A stretch of 32,648 bases of DNA from Cupriavidus sp. (GCA_013362725.1 JABFVP010000059.1:1-32648), one strand, 5' to 3'; shown: positions 7,301 to 16,950, counted from the stretch's first letter. Notes: a model not told the origin generated them from the letters alone. Made by a program: numbers and translations.

Positions 7301-10300
7301 CTAGCTTCGCTCCAGCATGCCGATCTCGCGCACCGCGACCGACAGCATCGACAGTCCCGCCGCCCCCGAGGCGCGCTGGTCCGCCAGCATGCGCGTAAAG
7401 CGTTCGAGCGCGCCGTGGCGGCTGGCGCGCCAGGCGTCGATCATCGCTTCCGGCGAGGTCTGATCTCCCGCTTGAGACAGCACGCTGACCGTCAGCGCGC
7501 GCTTGAGCCGTCCCAGGTCTTCCAGCGTGGTGGTGCGTGCCAGCAGGTCCCAGTGGGTGTCCGACGGCAGCGCCAGCGCACGTTCGCGCAGCCAGCTGAA
7601 GCTCAGGTGGCTGTCCAGTGCGAAGTAGACCCCTGCCACCAGATCGAGGCTGCGCTCGCACGCAGCGGCCACTTCGGCGATGTCGAGCGCCGCGGCGGAA
7701 ATCTCGCTGCCGGCCACCCGTGTGGCCAGCGTCTCGCTCACGCCCGCCTCGGTCAGCGCGCGCGTATGCTCTGCCAACGCGGCGGCATCCGCCTGCGGCA
7801 ATAGTTGCGGCAAGCGGGGCCCCAGCCACTGTGCCGCCTGCGCAAAGCGCGCCAGGTCTTCGGTGGCACTGCTGCCGCTGCGCAGATAGCGGATGAACCA
7901 CAGGCATGCGCGCTCCAGCAGCAGCGCCACCGCGCCGAACATGCGCGCCTGCTCGGCGTCGGCGATGCGATTGTCGAGCGCGTCGATCTCCTGCCACAGC
8001 GCGGTCAGCCCGAACACGTCGCGAGCGATCAGGCAGGCGCGCACGATATCGGCGGAACGCGCATCGGTTTCTTCCATGATCCGGTGCACGAAGGTGGCGC
8101 CGATGCGGTTGACCAGCATATTGGTCAGGTGCGTCGACAGGATCTCGCGCCGCAGCGGATGGCGCTGCATGGCCTCGCCGTAGCGCTGGCGCAGCGGCAC
8201 CGGGAAGTAATCGGCAAGCAGGCCCGCAACCAGTGCGTCTTCCGGCAAGTCCGAGCCCAGCAGTTCATCGTACAGCCACATCTTGCTGTAGGCCAGCAAC
8301 ACCGCGCGCTCGGGCGAGGTCAGCCCTTCGCCTGCCAACTTGCGCTCGGCAATGTCCTCGTCCGACGGCAGGAATTCCAGCGCGCGGTTCAGGCGCCCGG
8401 CGCGTTCCAGCCAGCGCACCAGGCGCGCCTCGCCGTCGAGCAGCGCGCCGCTGCTGCGGCCGGCCACCGACAGCGCCTGGGTCTGGTAGTAATTGTCCTG
8501 CAGCACCAGCAGGCCGACTTCGTCAGTCATCTCGGCCAGCAGCTTGTTGCGCTGCTTCTCGGTCATCTCGCCGTCGGCGACCACCAGTCCCAGCAGGATC
8601 TTGATATTGACCTCGTGGTCGGAGCAATCGACGCCGGCCGAGTTGTCGATGGCGTCGGTGTTGATGCGCCCGCCCTTGCGCGCGAACTCGATGCGGCCCA
8701 ACTGGGTAAAGCCGAGGTTGCCGCCTTCGCCGACCACCTTGCAGCGCAGCTCGTTGCCATTGACCCGCACCGCGTCGTTGGTGCGGTCGCCGGCCTGCAG
8801 GTGCGTCTCCTGGCTCGACTTGACGTAGGTGCCGATGCCGCCGTTGTAGAGCAGGTCCACCGGCGCCATCAGGATGGCGTGGATCAGTTCGGCCGGCGAC
8901 AGCGCGCTCGCGGTGATGCCGAGCACCGCCTGCACCTGCGCCGACAGCGGGATGGTCTTGGCCGTGCGCGGATAGATGCCGCCGCCGGCGGAAATCAGCG
9001 TGGCGTCGTAGTCGGCCCAGCTCGAGCGCGGCAGCCCGAACAGGCGCGCGCGTTCCTGCAGGCTGCGCGCGGGGTCCGGGTCGGGGTCGAGGAAGATGTG
9101 GCGATGGTCGAACGCGGCCACCAGACGGATATGCGGCGACAGCAGCATGCCGTTGCCGAACACGTCGCCCGACATGTCGCCGATGCCCGCGACAGTGAAA
9201 TCCGTTGACTGGATGTCGACGCCCATCTCGCGGAAATGCCGCTTCACCGATTCCCACGCGCCGCGCGCGGTGATCCCCATCTTCTTGTGGTCGTAGCCGA
9301 CCGAGCCGCCAGAGGCAAAGGCATCGCCCAGCCAGAACCCGTACTCGGCCGAGATCGCATTGGCGAAGTCCGAGAACGTGGCCGTGCCCTTGTCCGCGGC
9401 TACCACCAGGTAGGGATCGTTGTCGTCGTGGCGCACCACGTCGGGCGGCGGCACCAGCTCGCCGCTGACGAGGTTGTCGGTCAGGTCCAGCAGCCCCCGC
9501 AGGAAGGTCTGGTAGCAGGCGATGCCTTCGCGCAGGAAGGCGTCGCGGTCGGTGGGCGGCGGCGGGCGCTTGACCACGAACCCGCCTTTGGAGCCGACCG
9601 GCACGATCACCGTGTTCTTGACCATCTGCGCCTTCATCAGGCCCAGCACTTCGGTGCGGAAGTCCTCGCGCCGGTCCGACCAGCGCAGCCCGCCGCGCGC
9701 CACGCGTCCGCCGCGCAGGTGCACCCCTTCCACGCGCGGCGAGTAGACCCAGATCTCGAACATCGGGCGCGGCTCCGGCAAGCCCGGTACCAGGGCCGGA
9801 TTAAACTTGAACGACAGGTACGGACGCGGCTGGCCGTCCTCGCCGCGATGGAAATAATTGGTACGCACGGTGGCGTTGATCACGCCCAGGAAGAGCCGCA
9901 GGATGCGGTCTTCGTCGAGGTTGGGGACCTTGTCGAGCGCCGTGCCGATATCGGCCAGCAGCTTGTCGCAGCGCGCCTGGCGCGCGGTGTCGGCCGCCAC
10001 CTGGCTGAAGGTGTCGAAGCGCGCCACGAACAGCGCCACCAGCATCGCGGCAATGCCGGCGTTGCCGGTCAGCGCGCGTTCGATATAGGCGTCGCTGAAG
10101 GTGGAGCCCACCTGCCGCAGGTAGCGCGCATAGGCGCGCAGGATGGTGACGTCGCGCGCGGCCAGCTCGGCGCGCAGCACCAGGCGGTTGAGATCGTCGT
10201 TCTCGATCTCGCCGTGCCAGGCGCGCGCAAAGGCATCCTCGAACAGGGCCTTGACGCGCGCGATGTCGAACTCCGCGGCGTTGCTGCCGTCGGCGATTTC

Positions 10301-12154
10301 GAGTCCGAAGTCGTGCACCCATAGCGGTGCGCCGCTGTCGGGTTCGATCAGGTAGGGGCGCTCTTCATCGACGCGCACGCCCAGATGCTCCAGCATAGGC
10401 AGGCTCAGCGACAGCGCGATCGGTTCGCCGGCGCGGTACACCTTGAAGCGGAACGCACCCGGCGCGGCTTCGATCGGCCGGTACAGGTTCATCGCCATGC
10501 CGTTGCCGCGCCGCGCATGCTCCATCAGCTCGATATCGCGCACCGCGGTGCGCGCCGGATAGTCTTCGCGATAGCCGGCGGGGAACGAGCCGCCATAGCG
10601 CTGCAGCAGCCGGTTGCCCTGCTCTTCGCCGTGGCTTTCGTGCAGCGCTTCGGCGAGGTCGTCCTGCCAGCGGCGGCTGGCATGCACGATGCGCGCTTCC
10701 AGTTCTTGCGTGTCGACCTTGGGCATGGTGCCGGGCTCGCCGCGCACGGTCAGCTGGATGCGCGCCAGCGGCGATTCCGACAGCAGCGGCGTGAACTCGC
10801 AGCTGGTGCCGTGGAAAGCGCTGGTCAGCAGCTTCTGGATCTTCTGGCGCAGGTCGGTGTTGTACTTGTCGCGCGGCACGAACACCAGGCACGAGACAAA
10901 GCGGTCGAAGCGGTCGCGCCGCACGAACAGCCGCGTGCGCTGGTGTTCCTGCAGCCGCAGGATGCCGGTGGTGATGTCGAACAGCTCGTCCTCGGTCGCC
11001 TGGAACAGTTCGTCGCGCGGATATTGTTCCAGGATCGTGACCAGCGACTTATACAGGTGGCCCTTGGCCAGGAACCCTGCGCGCGCCAGGATGTTGGCGC
11101 ACTTGCGCCGCACCAGCGGGATGTCGGCGATCGGCGCCATGTAGGCGGTCGAGGTGTAGAGGCCGACGAAGCGCCGCTCGCCGAACAGCTGCCCGTTCTG
11201 GTCGAGCAGCTTGACGCCGACGTAATCGAGATAGCCGGGCCGGTGCACGGTGGCGCGCGAATTGGCCTTGGTCAGGAAGATCGGCGAGCTGCCTTCGATG
11301 ATCGCGGTGGCCGCCGCGGGCAGCGGGGTCAGGTCGTCGGCGTCCGGCTCGCGCAGGCTTTCGCGCAGGATGCCGGCGCCGGAGCCGGCCACGCCGCGCA
11401 GGAAGTAGCGGCCATCGCGCGCGATCAGCTGGTAGTCGCGCTGTCCCAGAAAAGAGAAATGGTCGTCCATCATCCATTCCAGGAAGGCGCGCGCTTCGAC
11501 GCTTTCGGCTGAGGCCGCGTCCGGCGCCTGCGCCATCGCGCCGATGGTGGCGCGCGTGATCTCGCACATCTTCGGCCAGTCTTCCACCGCGGCGCGCACA
11601 TCGACCAGCACCTGCGAGATGCCGTTGCGCAGGGCGTCGAGGCGCGACGACTCGCCGGTGCGGTCAATCTCGAAATGGATAAAGGATTCCAGGCGCGAGC
11701 TGTCGCCGGCCTCGCCGGCGCCGCCGGGGGCGATCCGCTCGATGCCGGTGCTGCCGCGCCAGACCCGGAACACCGGATGGATGGCCGAGTGCAGCGCCAG
11801 GCCCTGGCGGTTGATCTCCATGGTCACGGAGTCGACCAGGAATGGCATGTCGTCGTTGACGATCTCGACCACGGTGTGGTCGGAGTGCCAGCCGTGCTCT
11901 TCCAGGTTGGGGTTGTAGACGCGGATGCGGGCGCTGCCGGGGGTGAACTTCTGCGCCGTCTGCCAGTGCGCCATCACGGCGCCGTACAGGTCGGCCACTT
12001 CGCGCCGCAGCAGGTCTTCGGCGTCGGCCTGGTCGTAGTAATGCCGCAGGAAGGGCTCGACCACGCTGAACATCGCCGCCGGCAGCCGCCCGCGCGCGAA
12101 GTTGGCGAGTTCGTCCAGCAGGTGCGCGACCTTGTCTTCGTTCTCCTGCGGCAT
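7301..12154 (-). CDS. gdhB: Large NAD-specific glutamate dehydrogenase
   Basis: 1617 aa; GVHLRGG.VARGGLRWSDRREDFRTEVLGLMKAQMVKN, YLVVAADKGTATFSD, GIGDMSGDVFGNGML, DAIDNSAGVDCSDHEVNIKI; SD AGGAGG. Confidence 0.97.
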   Translation of the reverse strand: MPQENEDKVAHLLDELANFARGRLPAAMFSVVEPFLRHYYDQADAEDLLRREVADLYGAVMAHWQTAQKFTPGSARIRVYNPNLEEHGWHSDHTVVEIVNDDMPFLVDSVTMEINRQGLALHSAIHPVFRVWRGSTGIERIAPGGAGEAGDSSRLESFIHFEIDRTGESSRLDALRNGISQVLVDVRAAVEDWPKMCEITRATIGAMAQAPDAASAESVEARAFLEWMMDDHFSFLGQRDYQLIARDGRYFLRGVAGSGAGILRESLREPDADDLTPLPAAATAIIEGSSPIFLTKANSRATVHRPGYLDYVGVKLLDQNGQLFGERRFVGLYTSTAYMAPIADIPLVRRKCANILARAGFLAKGHLYKSLVTILEQYPRDELFQATEDELFDITTGILRLQEHQRTRLFVRRDRFDRFVSCLVFVPRDKYNTDLRQKIQKLLTSAFHGTSCEFTPLLSESPLARIQLTVRGEPGTMPKVDTQELEARIVHASRRWQDDLAEALHESHGEEQGNRLLQRYGGSFPAGYREDYPARTAVRDIELMEHARRGNGMAMNLYRPIEAAPGAFRFKVYRAGEPIALSLSLPMLEHLGVRVDEERPYLIEPDSGAPLWVHDFGLEIADGSNAAEFDIARVKALFEDAFARAWHGEIENDDLNRLVLRAELAARDVTILRAYARYLRQVGSTFSDAYIERALTGNAGIAAMLVALFVARFDTFSQVAADTARQARCDKLLADIGTALDKVPNLDEDRILRLFLGVINATVRTNYFHRGEDGQPRPYLSFKFNPALVPGLPEPRPMFEIWVYSPRVEGVHLRGGRVARGGLRWSDRREDFRTEVLGLMKAQMVKNTVIVPVGSKGGFVVKRPPPPTDRDAFLREGIACYQTFLRGLLDLTDNLVSGELVPPPDVVRHDDNDPYLVVAADKGTATFSDFANAISAEYGFWLGDAFASGGSVGYDHKKMGITARGAWESVKRHFREMGVDIQSTDFTVAGIGDMSGDVFGNGMLLSPHIRLVAAFDHRHIFLDPDPDPARSLQERARLFGLPRSSWADYDATLISAGGGIYPRTAKTIPLSAQVQAVLGITASALSPAELIHAILMAPVDLLYNGGIGTYVKSSQETHLQAGDRTNDAVRVNGNELRCKVVGEGGNLGFTQLGRIEFARKGGRINTDAIDNSAGVDCSDHEVNIKILLGLVVADGEMTEKQRNKLLAEMTDEVGLLVLQDNYYQTQALSVAGRSSGALLDGEARLVRWLERAGRLNRALEFLPSDEDIAERKLAGEGLTSPERAVLLAYSKMWLYDELLGSDLPEDALVAGLLADYFPVPLRQRYGEAMQRHPLRREILSTHLTNMLVNRIGATFVHRIMEETDARSADIVRACLIARDVFGLTALWQEIDALDNRIADAEQARMFGAVALLLERACLWFIRYLRSGSSATEDLARFAQAAQWLGPRLPQLLPQADAAALAEHTRALTEAGVSETLATRVAGSEISAAALDIAEVAAACERSLDLVAGVYFALDSHLSFSWLRERALALPSDTHWDLLARTTTLEDLGRLKRALTVSVLSQAGDQTSPEAMIDAWRASRHGALERFTRMLADQRASGAAGLSMLSVAVREIGMLERS

Positions 12155-12182
12155 GTTCCCCTCCTAGCGGTGTCGGTGGGCC

Positions 12183-12205
12183 GCCGGGGCATGTGCCGGG
12201 GCATG
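12183..12205. repeat. 11/12-bp tandem duplication in the gdhB leader
   Basis: GCCGGGGCATGT GCCGGGGCATG. Confidence 0.65.
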
Positions 12206-12331
12206 CTCATACTTTAGGAAAAATCCGAGTGCCCGGCGCAACAAAGTGGCGGGTACTGGCGCTGCAAGGGAAGGGAGGCCAGCCAGGTCCCGGCGACAAT
12301 CCGCGGGACCGGCCTGGCAGAGATCAGCAGA

Positions 12332-12883
12332 TCAGAAGCGCGCGGCGAGGCCGGGGCTGCAGGCGGGGCGATGTGCCACGGGCGGCAGGCCGGGGCAAGG
12401 CAGCGTCTGCGTGTGCCGTTCCTGGCGGGGAGCTTCGGCAACGGCCCTGGCCTGGCGCGAGGTGTGGCCGTCCAGCGTCGCTTTCATCCGGTCCAGCAGG
12501 CTGCCCAGCGCGGCCCGTTCCTGCGAATTGAAGGCCGCCACCGAGACACTGTGCAACGCACTCAAAGCCTGCGCGGTACGTTGCACCCGCGCGGTGGCGC
12601 CTTCCGCGATGCGGGGCGCCAGCGTCGCGGTGTACTCGATCCAGCCGTCGCGGCGCAGTTCGTCCAGAATGGTCTCGGATTGCGCTGCGTCGAGCGGCAT
12701 CGGACCGGCCAGCGGCAAGCCGCGCTTGAAGGCTCCCTGGCGGATGGCCCGCAGCAGCAGCCACTGGGAATAGTTAAGGCCCGAGGCGCGCAGGGTCTGG
12801 TCCAACGCACCTTGCCAGGCGGTGACTGCGTCAATCAGGGCAAGGACTACCGGCTCGCTGGGTTCGAGGGGTCTTGGCTGCAT
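12332..12883 (-). CDS. Atypical MarR-family regulator
   Basis: LDQTLRASGLNYSQWLLLRAI, ILDELRRDGWI and FNSQERAALGSLLDRM are MarR-like; SD AGGAG. Confidence 0.75.
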   Translation of the reverse strand: MQPRPLEPSEPVVLALIDAVTAWQGALDQTLRASGLNYSQWLLLRAIRQGAFKRGLPLAGPMPLDAAQSETILDELRRDGWIEYTATLAPRIAEGATARVQRTAQALSALHSVSVAAFNSQERAALGSLLDRMKATLDGHTSRQARAVAEAPRQERHTQTLPCPGLPPVAHRPACSPGLAARF

Positions 12884-13275
12884 GAATGGCGTCTCCTGTT
12901 ATGTTTTGCCGCCACCGCAATGCACAGGCACCCGCTGAGGGTGCAAGGGGCCGGAGCATGGCCGGCCCGGGCGGCACGGCCGCCGCAGCCTCTGGGGCGG
13001 GCTGGGTCGACCGAACGGCGAGACTACCAGAAACTTTTGCCAGATTTGTGACACTGCGGGAATGTCCTGAGGCGGACCCGCACGATAGTGCCGGCTGCTG
13101 CGCGCGCCAACCGCGAAATTATGAAAAAAGCGACTTGGATGAATAACTTTAAATCATCGCTGGAATAGGCGCGGCTGGCTACACTGCCAGCCGGAGACCC
13201 CGCAACCAGCCACCCAGGCCAGCACGGGGCGAGCGGCGCAGGCACACGGGCCAGCCGTCAGACCGGAGATCAAAG

Positions 13276-14793
13276 ATGTACAAGGAACGCATTCGCCTGG
13301 CCAGGCTGCATGACAAGGTTGTCTCGGCCGACGAAGCCGCCGCGCTGATCCGCGACGGCATGACGGTCGGCATGAGCGGATTCACGCGCGCTGGCGACTG
13401 CAAGGAAGTGCCGTTTGCGCTGGCACGGCGCGCGGCCACCGAGCCGCTGCGCATCACCCTGATGACCGGCGCCTCGCTTGGCAACGACATCGACCGGGTT
13501 CTGGCCGAGGCCGACGTGATCGCGCGTCGCCTGCCGTTCCAGTCCGATGCCACGCTGCGCCGCAAGATCAATGCGGGCGAAGTGATGTTCATCGACCAGC
13601 ACCTGTCCGAGACCGTGGAGCAACTGCGCTCGGGCCAGATCGCGCCGGTGGACGTCGCGGTGGTGGAAGCGGTGGCGATCACCGAGCAGGGCGGCATCAT
13701 CCCCAGCACCTCGGTCGGCAATTCGGCCAGCTTCGCCATGCTGGCGCGCAAGGTGATCGTCGAGATCAACCTGAACATGCCGCTGGGACTGGAGGGGCTG
13801 CACGACATCTATTTCCCGGTGCAGCGTCCGTACCGCCAGCCGATCCCGCTGATCGCGCCCGCGCAGCGCATCGGCCTGCCGTATATCCCGATCGATCCCG
13901 AAAGGATCGCGGCCATCGTCATCACCGCCAAGGATGACAGCCCGTCCAACGCGCTGCCGCCGGATGCCGGCACCAGCCAGATCGCCGGCCATCTCAATGA
14001 ATTCCTGCTGCGCGAAGTGCGCGCCGGGCGGCTGTCGCCGTCGCTGCAGCCGCTGCAGGCCGGCATCGGCACCATAGCCAACGCGGTGCTGCACGGGCTG
14101 ATCGAGTCGCCGTTCCGTGACCTGCAGATGTATTCCGAAGTTCTGCAGGACAGCACCATCGAGCTGCTGGATGCGGGGCGCCTGGCCTTCGCGTCGGCCT
14201 CGTCGGTGACGCTGACGCGCGCGGTGTACCAGCGCTTCCTGTCGAACCTGGACCGTTACCGTTCGCGCCTGCTGCTGCGGCCGCAGGAAATCAGCAACCA
14301 TCCGGAGATCCTGCGACGGCTGGGGCTGATCACCATCAACACGGCGCTCGAGTGCGATATCTACGGCAACGTCAACTCGACCCATGTGGGCGGCACGCAC
14401 ATGATGAACGGCATCGGCGGCTCGGGCGACTTTGCCCGCAATGCGCACCTGTCGGTGTTCGTGACCAAGTCGGTGGCCAAGGGTGGCGATATCTCCAGCA
14501 TCGTGCCGATGGTGGCGCACGTCGACCATACCGAGCACGACGTCGACATCATCGTCACCGAACACGGCCTGGCAGATTTGCGCGGCCTGGCGCCGCGCGA
14601 ACGCGCGCGCACCGTCATTGCCAACTGCGCCGACCCGCAATACCGCGACCTGCTGGGCGACTACTTCCGTCGCGCCTGCGCGCATGGCGGCCAGACCCCG
14701 CACCTGGTGGAAGAGGCGCTGTCCTGGCACGCCGCCTTCCGCGACCGCGGCACCATGCAGCCGGCGCGGCCGACAGCGGCGCTGGCCGCCTGA
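13276..14793 (+). CDS. Acetyl-CoA hydrolase / succinyl-CoA:acetate CoA-transferase family
   Basis: 505 aa; GMSGFT.AG, LQAGIG.IANAV, YSEVLQD, RPQEISNHPE, GNVNSTHV.GTHMMNGIGGSGDFARNA, GLADLRGLAPRERA. Confidence 0.95.
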   Translation: MYKERIRLARLHDKVVSADEAAALIRDGMTVGMSGFTRAGDCKEVPFALARRAATEPLRITLMTGASLGNDIDRVLAEADVIARRLPFQSDATLRRKINAGEVMFIDQHLSETVEQLRSGQIAPVDVAVVEAVAITEQGGIIPSTSVGNSASFAMLARKVIVEINLNMPLGLEGLHDIYFPVQRPYRQPIPLIAPAQRIGLPYIPIDPERIAAIVITAKDDSPSNALPPDAGTSQIAGHLNEFLLREVRAGRLSPSLQPLQAGIGTIANAVLHGLIESPFRDLQMYSEVLQDSTIELLDAGRLAFASASSVTLTRAVYQRFLSNLDRYRSRLLLRPQEISNHPEILRRLGLITINTALECDIYGNVNSTHVGGTHMMNGIGGSGDFARNAHLSVFVTKSVAKGGDISSIVPMVAHVDHTEHDVDIIVTEHGLADLRGLAPRERARTVIANCADPQYRDLLGDYFRRACAHGGQTPHLVEEALSWHAAFRDRGTMQPARPTAALAA

Positions 14794-14809
14794 GGCCCGG
14801 GCAATCCTG

Positions 14810-14837
14810 AAAACAAAATAGCCCGCGCGAGCGGGCT
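14810..14837 (-). terminator. Rho-independent terminator between convergent genes
   Basis: AGCCCGC-gcga-GCGGGCT hairpin (14820-14837), followed on the minus strand by ATTTTGTTTT. Confidence 0.75.
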
Positions 14838-14862
14838 GTGTGAGCGGGCTGTGTGAGCGGGC
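14829..14862. repeat. 13-bp tandem repeat (2.6 copies)
   Basis: GAGCGGGCTGTGT x2 + GAGCGGGC; duplicates one arm of the terminator. Confidence 0.85.
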
Positions 14863-14872
14863 GAGGGCGGCC

Positions 14873-15196
14873 TTACTGCGCCTTGGTGCCCTGGCTGGCG
14901 GGCTCCTTGGCGCCGTCGGTGTACGGATCGAACTTGCCGGCCTTGGCACCATCGGTGTTCGGATCGAACTTCTTGCCTGAGCTGGTCAGCTCCGACTTGG
15001 TCGATTTCCTGGCGCCGTCGGTGTACGGGTCGAACTTTCCGGACTTGGCCGCGCTCTGGTTCGGGCCGGCTTTCTTGGTGTGGCTGCCGCTGTAGAGGTC
15101 GCCGCCGTCGGTGTAGTTCTTCTGCGCATGGACCTGGGCCGTGCCGAGCGCGGCCAGTGCTGCAATGATCAGGGTCGGAACGGACTTCTTCAGCAT
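14873..15196 (-). CDS. Small secreted repeat protein, CopQ/MmQ-like
   Basis: Sec signal MLKKSVPTLIIAALAALGTAQVHA; KFDP[YN]TDGA x3 plus NYTDGG; Lys/Ser/Gly-rich and likely disordered. Confidence 0.8.
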   Translation of the reverse strand: MLKKSVPTLIIAALAALGTAQVHAQKNYTDGGDLYSGSHTKKAGPNQSAAKSGKFDPYTDGARKSTKSELTSSGKKFDPNTDGAKAGKFDPYTDGAKEPASQGTKAQ

Positions 15197-15451
15197 CTTG
15201 TTAACCTCGCGAATGACGGTCGCGCAGCGCCTGCGCGAAACCGGTTTTGGGGCCGGACGTTGGCCGGTCTGACTGCCGGCGCGTGTGGCGGAGCACCGGT
15301 AAATGTACCGAGTCGACGCATGTCCGCAAAGTGAAAGTTTCTTCTAGTCGTATTGAACGTTACCGGCACGACCGGCATGCTGCGCGGGATCAAACGCCTC
15401 AGCAATAGGATTAATCTGAGGGGCGCGCCGGGAAAATTCGGTGCCGCGCAT

Positions 15452-15480
15452 AAAAAAACCGGCTGCGTGGCAGCCGGTTT
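15452..15480 (-). terminator. Rho-independent terminator of the Bug gene
   Basis: AAACCGGCTGC-gtg-GCAGCCGGTTT with a T7 run on the minus strand. Confidence 0.88.
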
Positions 15481-15514
15481 CCGGTAGAGAGGCGGCTTGC
15501 GCCTGCTGGCCCGC

Positions 15515-16495
15515 TTATTCCAGCGTGATGTTCTGGTCGCGCGCGATCTTCTTGCGCAGGTCCAGCTCGCGCTTGATCTGGGCGGCGTATTGCTGCGGCG
15601 TGTTGCCGTCAGTGTAGGCGCCGCTGTCGGCGAGGCGGCGCTTGACGTTGGGATCCTGCAGCGCCTTGACGGCGGCGTCATGCACGCGCGCGATGATCGC
15701 CGCCGGCGTGCCGGCCGGGGCCACCAGCCCGTACCAGGCCATGTTGTTCATGTCCTTCATGCCGGCTTCGGCAAAGGTCGGCACGTCGGGCAGGCCTTCG
15801 ACGCGCTTGGGTGCGGCCACTGCCAGCGCGCGCAGCTTGCCGGCCTGGATATGCGGCATCGACGACGGCAGGTTGTCGAACTGCGCGTTGACCTGGCCGG
15901 CCAGCGTGTCGTTCAGCGCCGGGCCCGATCCGCGGTACGGGATGTGGACCATGTCGGTCTTGGTGATGTCCTTGAACAGTTCCCCGTCCAGGTGCGAGAT
16001 GCTGCCCTTGCCGGCCGAGGCGTAGCTGTACTTGCCCGGGTTGGCCTTCAGCATCGCCACGAATTCCTTCAGGGTCTTGGCCGGAACCTTCGGATTCACC
16101 GTCAGCACGTTGGGCACGTTGACCAGGTTGGTGATCGGCGCGAAGTCCTTGAGCGGATCGTACGGGTTCTTGGGGTTGGTGGCCGGGTTGGTCGCCATGG
16201 TGCTGACCGTGGCGATGCCCAGGGTGTAGCCGTCCGGCGCCGACTTGGCGAGCGCGTCGGCACCGATGGCGCCGCCGCCGCCGCCACGGTTTTCCACCAC
16301 CACCGGCTGGCCCAGTTCACGGCCCAGGCCGTCGGACACCGCGCGCGCCACGATATCGGTGGTGCCGCCGGCCGCGAACGGCACGATCAGGCGGATCGGC
16401 TTGGCAGGGTAGGACTGGGCGTGCGCCAGGCCGGCGTGGGCCAGGCCGAGGGCCGCGATGCATGCGGCTGCGCCGGCGTTAAGGACTGCTTTCAA
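15515..16495 (-). CDS. Bug/TctC-family tripartite tricarboxylate transporter substrate-binding protein
   Basis: YPAKPIRLIVPFAAGGTTDIVAR, VVVENRGGGGGAIG, APDGYTL and HIPYRGSGPA motifs; signal peptide; likely TTG start at 16495 with GGAGG 6 nt upstream. Confidence 0.95.
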   Translation of the reverse strand: MKAVLNAGAAACIAALGLAHAGLAHAQSYPAKPIRLIVPFAAGGTTDIVARAVSDGLGRELGQPVVVENRGGGGGAIGADALAKSAPDGYTLGIATVSTMATNPATNPKNPYDPLKDFAPITNLVNVPNVLTVNPKVPAKTLKEFVAMLKANPGKYSYASAGKGSISHLDGELFKDITKTDMVHIPYRGSGPALNDTLAGQVNAQFDNLPSSMPHIQAGKLRALAVAAPKRVEGLPDVPTFAEAGMKDMNNMAWYGLVAPAGTPAAIIARVHDAAVKALQDPNVKRRLADSGAYTDGNTPQQYAAQIKRELDLRKKIARDQNITLE

Positions 16496-16792
16496 GGAGG
16501 GCCTCCATTCTTCTTTCACTGATTCGCCAGCCAGGCTGCAGGCGTGTCCGCGGATCGGCTACGGATCCGGCGCCCGCACTGTCAGGGTTTCCCGGACTGG
16601 CATGACCGGGCCGTGCCGGGATGCGGTACGGCCGGCGCCTTGTGATGGTTCCGCGATACGGAACTATGTTCCACAATGGCGCGGGAGCGATTCAACCGGG
16701 AAAGCGCCTGCAGGGGAATTGGTGAGAACCCGCGTATCAAGAATCGGGCTGCACTGCCGATCGCGCGCGTGGTCGGGACGCAATGCCAAAGT

Positions 16793-16822
16793 AAAAAGCC
16801 GGAAGCAAGGCTTCCGGCTTTT
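16793..16822 (-). terminator. Terminator of tRNA-Lys copy 1
   Basis: A5-GCCGGAAGC-aag-GCTTCCGGC-T4. Confidence 0.88.
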
Positions 16823-16832
16823 CTGGATTCGC

Positions 16833-16908
16833 TGGTGGGGCGTGAGTGACTCGAACACTCGACCTACGGATTAAGAGTCCGCTGCTCTACCAACTGAGCT
16901 AACGCCCC
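16833..16908 (-). tRNA. tRNA-Lys (anticodon CUU), copy 1
   Basis: 76 nt GGGGCGTTAGCTCAGTTGGTAGAGCAGCGGACTCTTAATCCGTAGGTCGAGTGTTCGAGTCACTCACGCCCCACCA. Confidence 0.98.
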
Positions 16909-16921
16909 AACGAAGAAAAAG

Positions 16922-16950
16922 ATTGTAGCAAGGTATCGCATGCGGCGCAA
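16922..16950 (-). promoter_or_regulatory. sigma70 promoter of tRNA-Lys copy 1
   Basis: Minus strand TTGCGC-N17-TACAAT with extended TG. Confidence 0.7.

Noticed and set aside
7415-12217. Chain of plus-strand ORFs (up to 467 aa) opposite gdhB
   Set aside because: Same antisense-frame artefact, broken by scattered stops
14829-15120. Possible CRISPR-like array
   Set aside because: Repeats are a 13-bp tandem without spacers and in-frame coding repeats of the secreted protein; no cas genes
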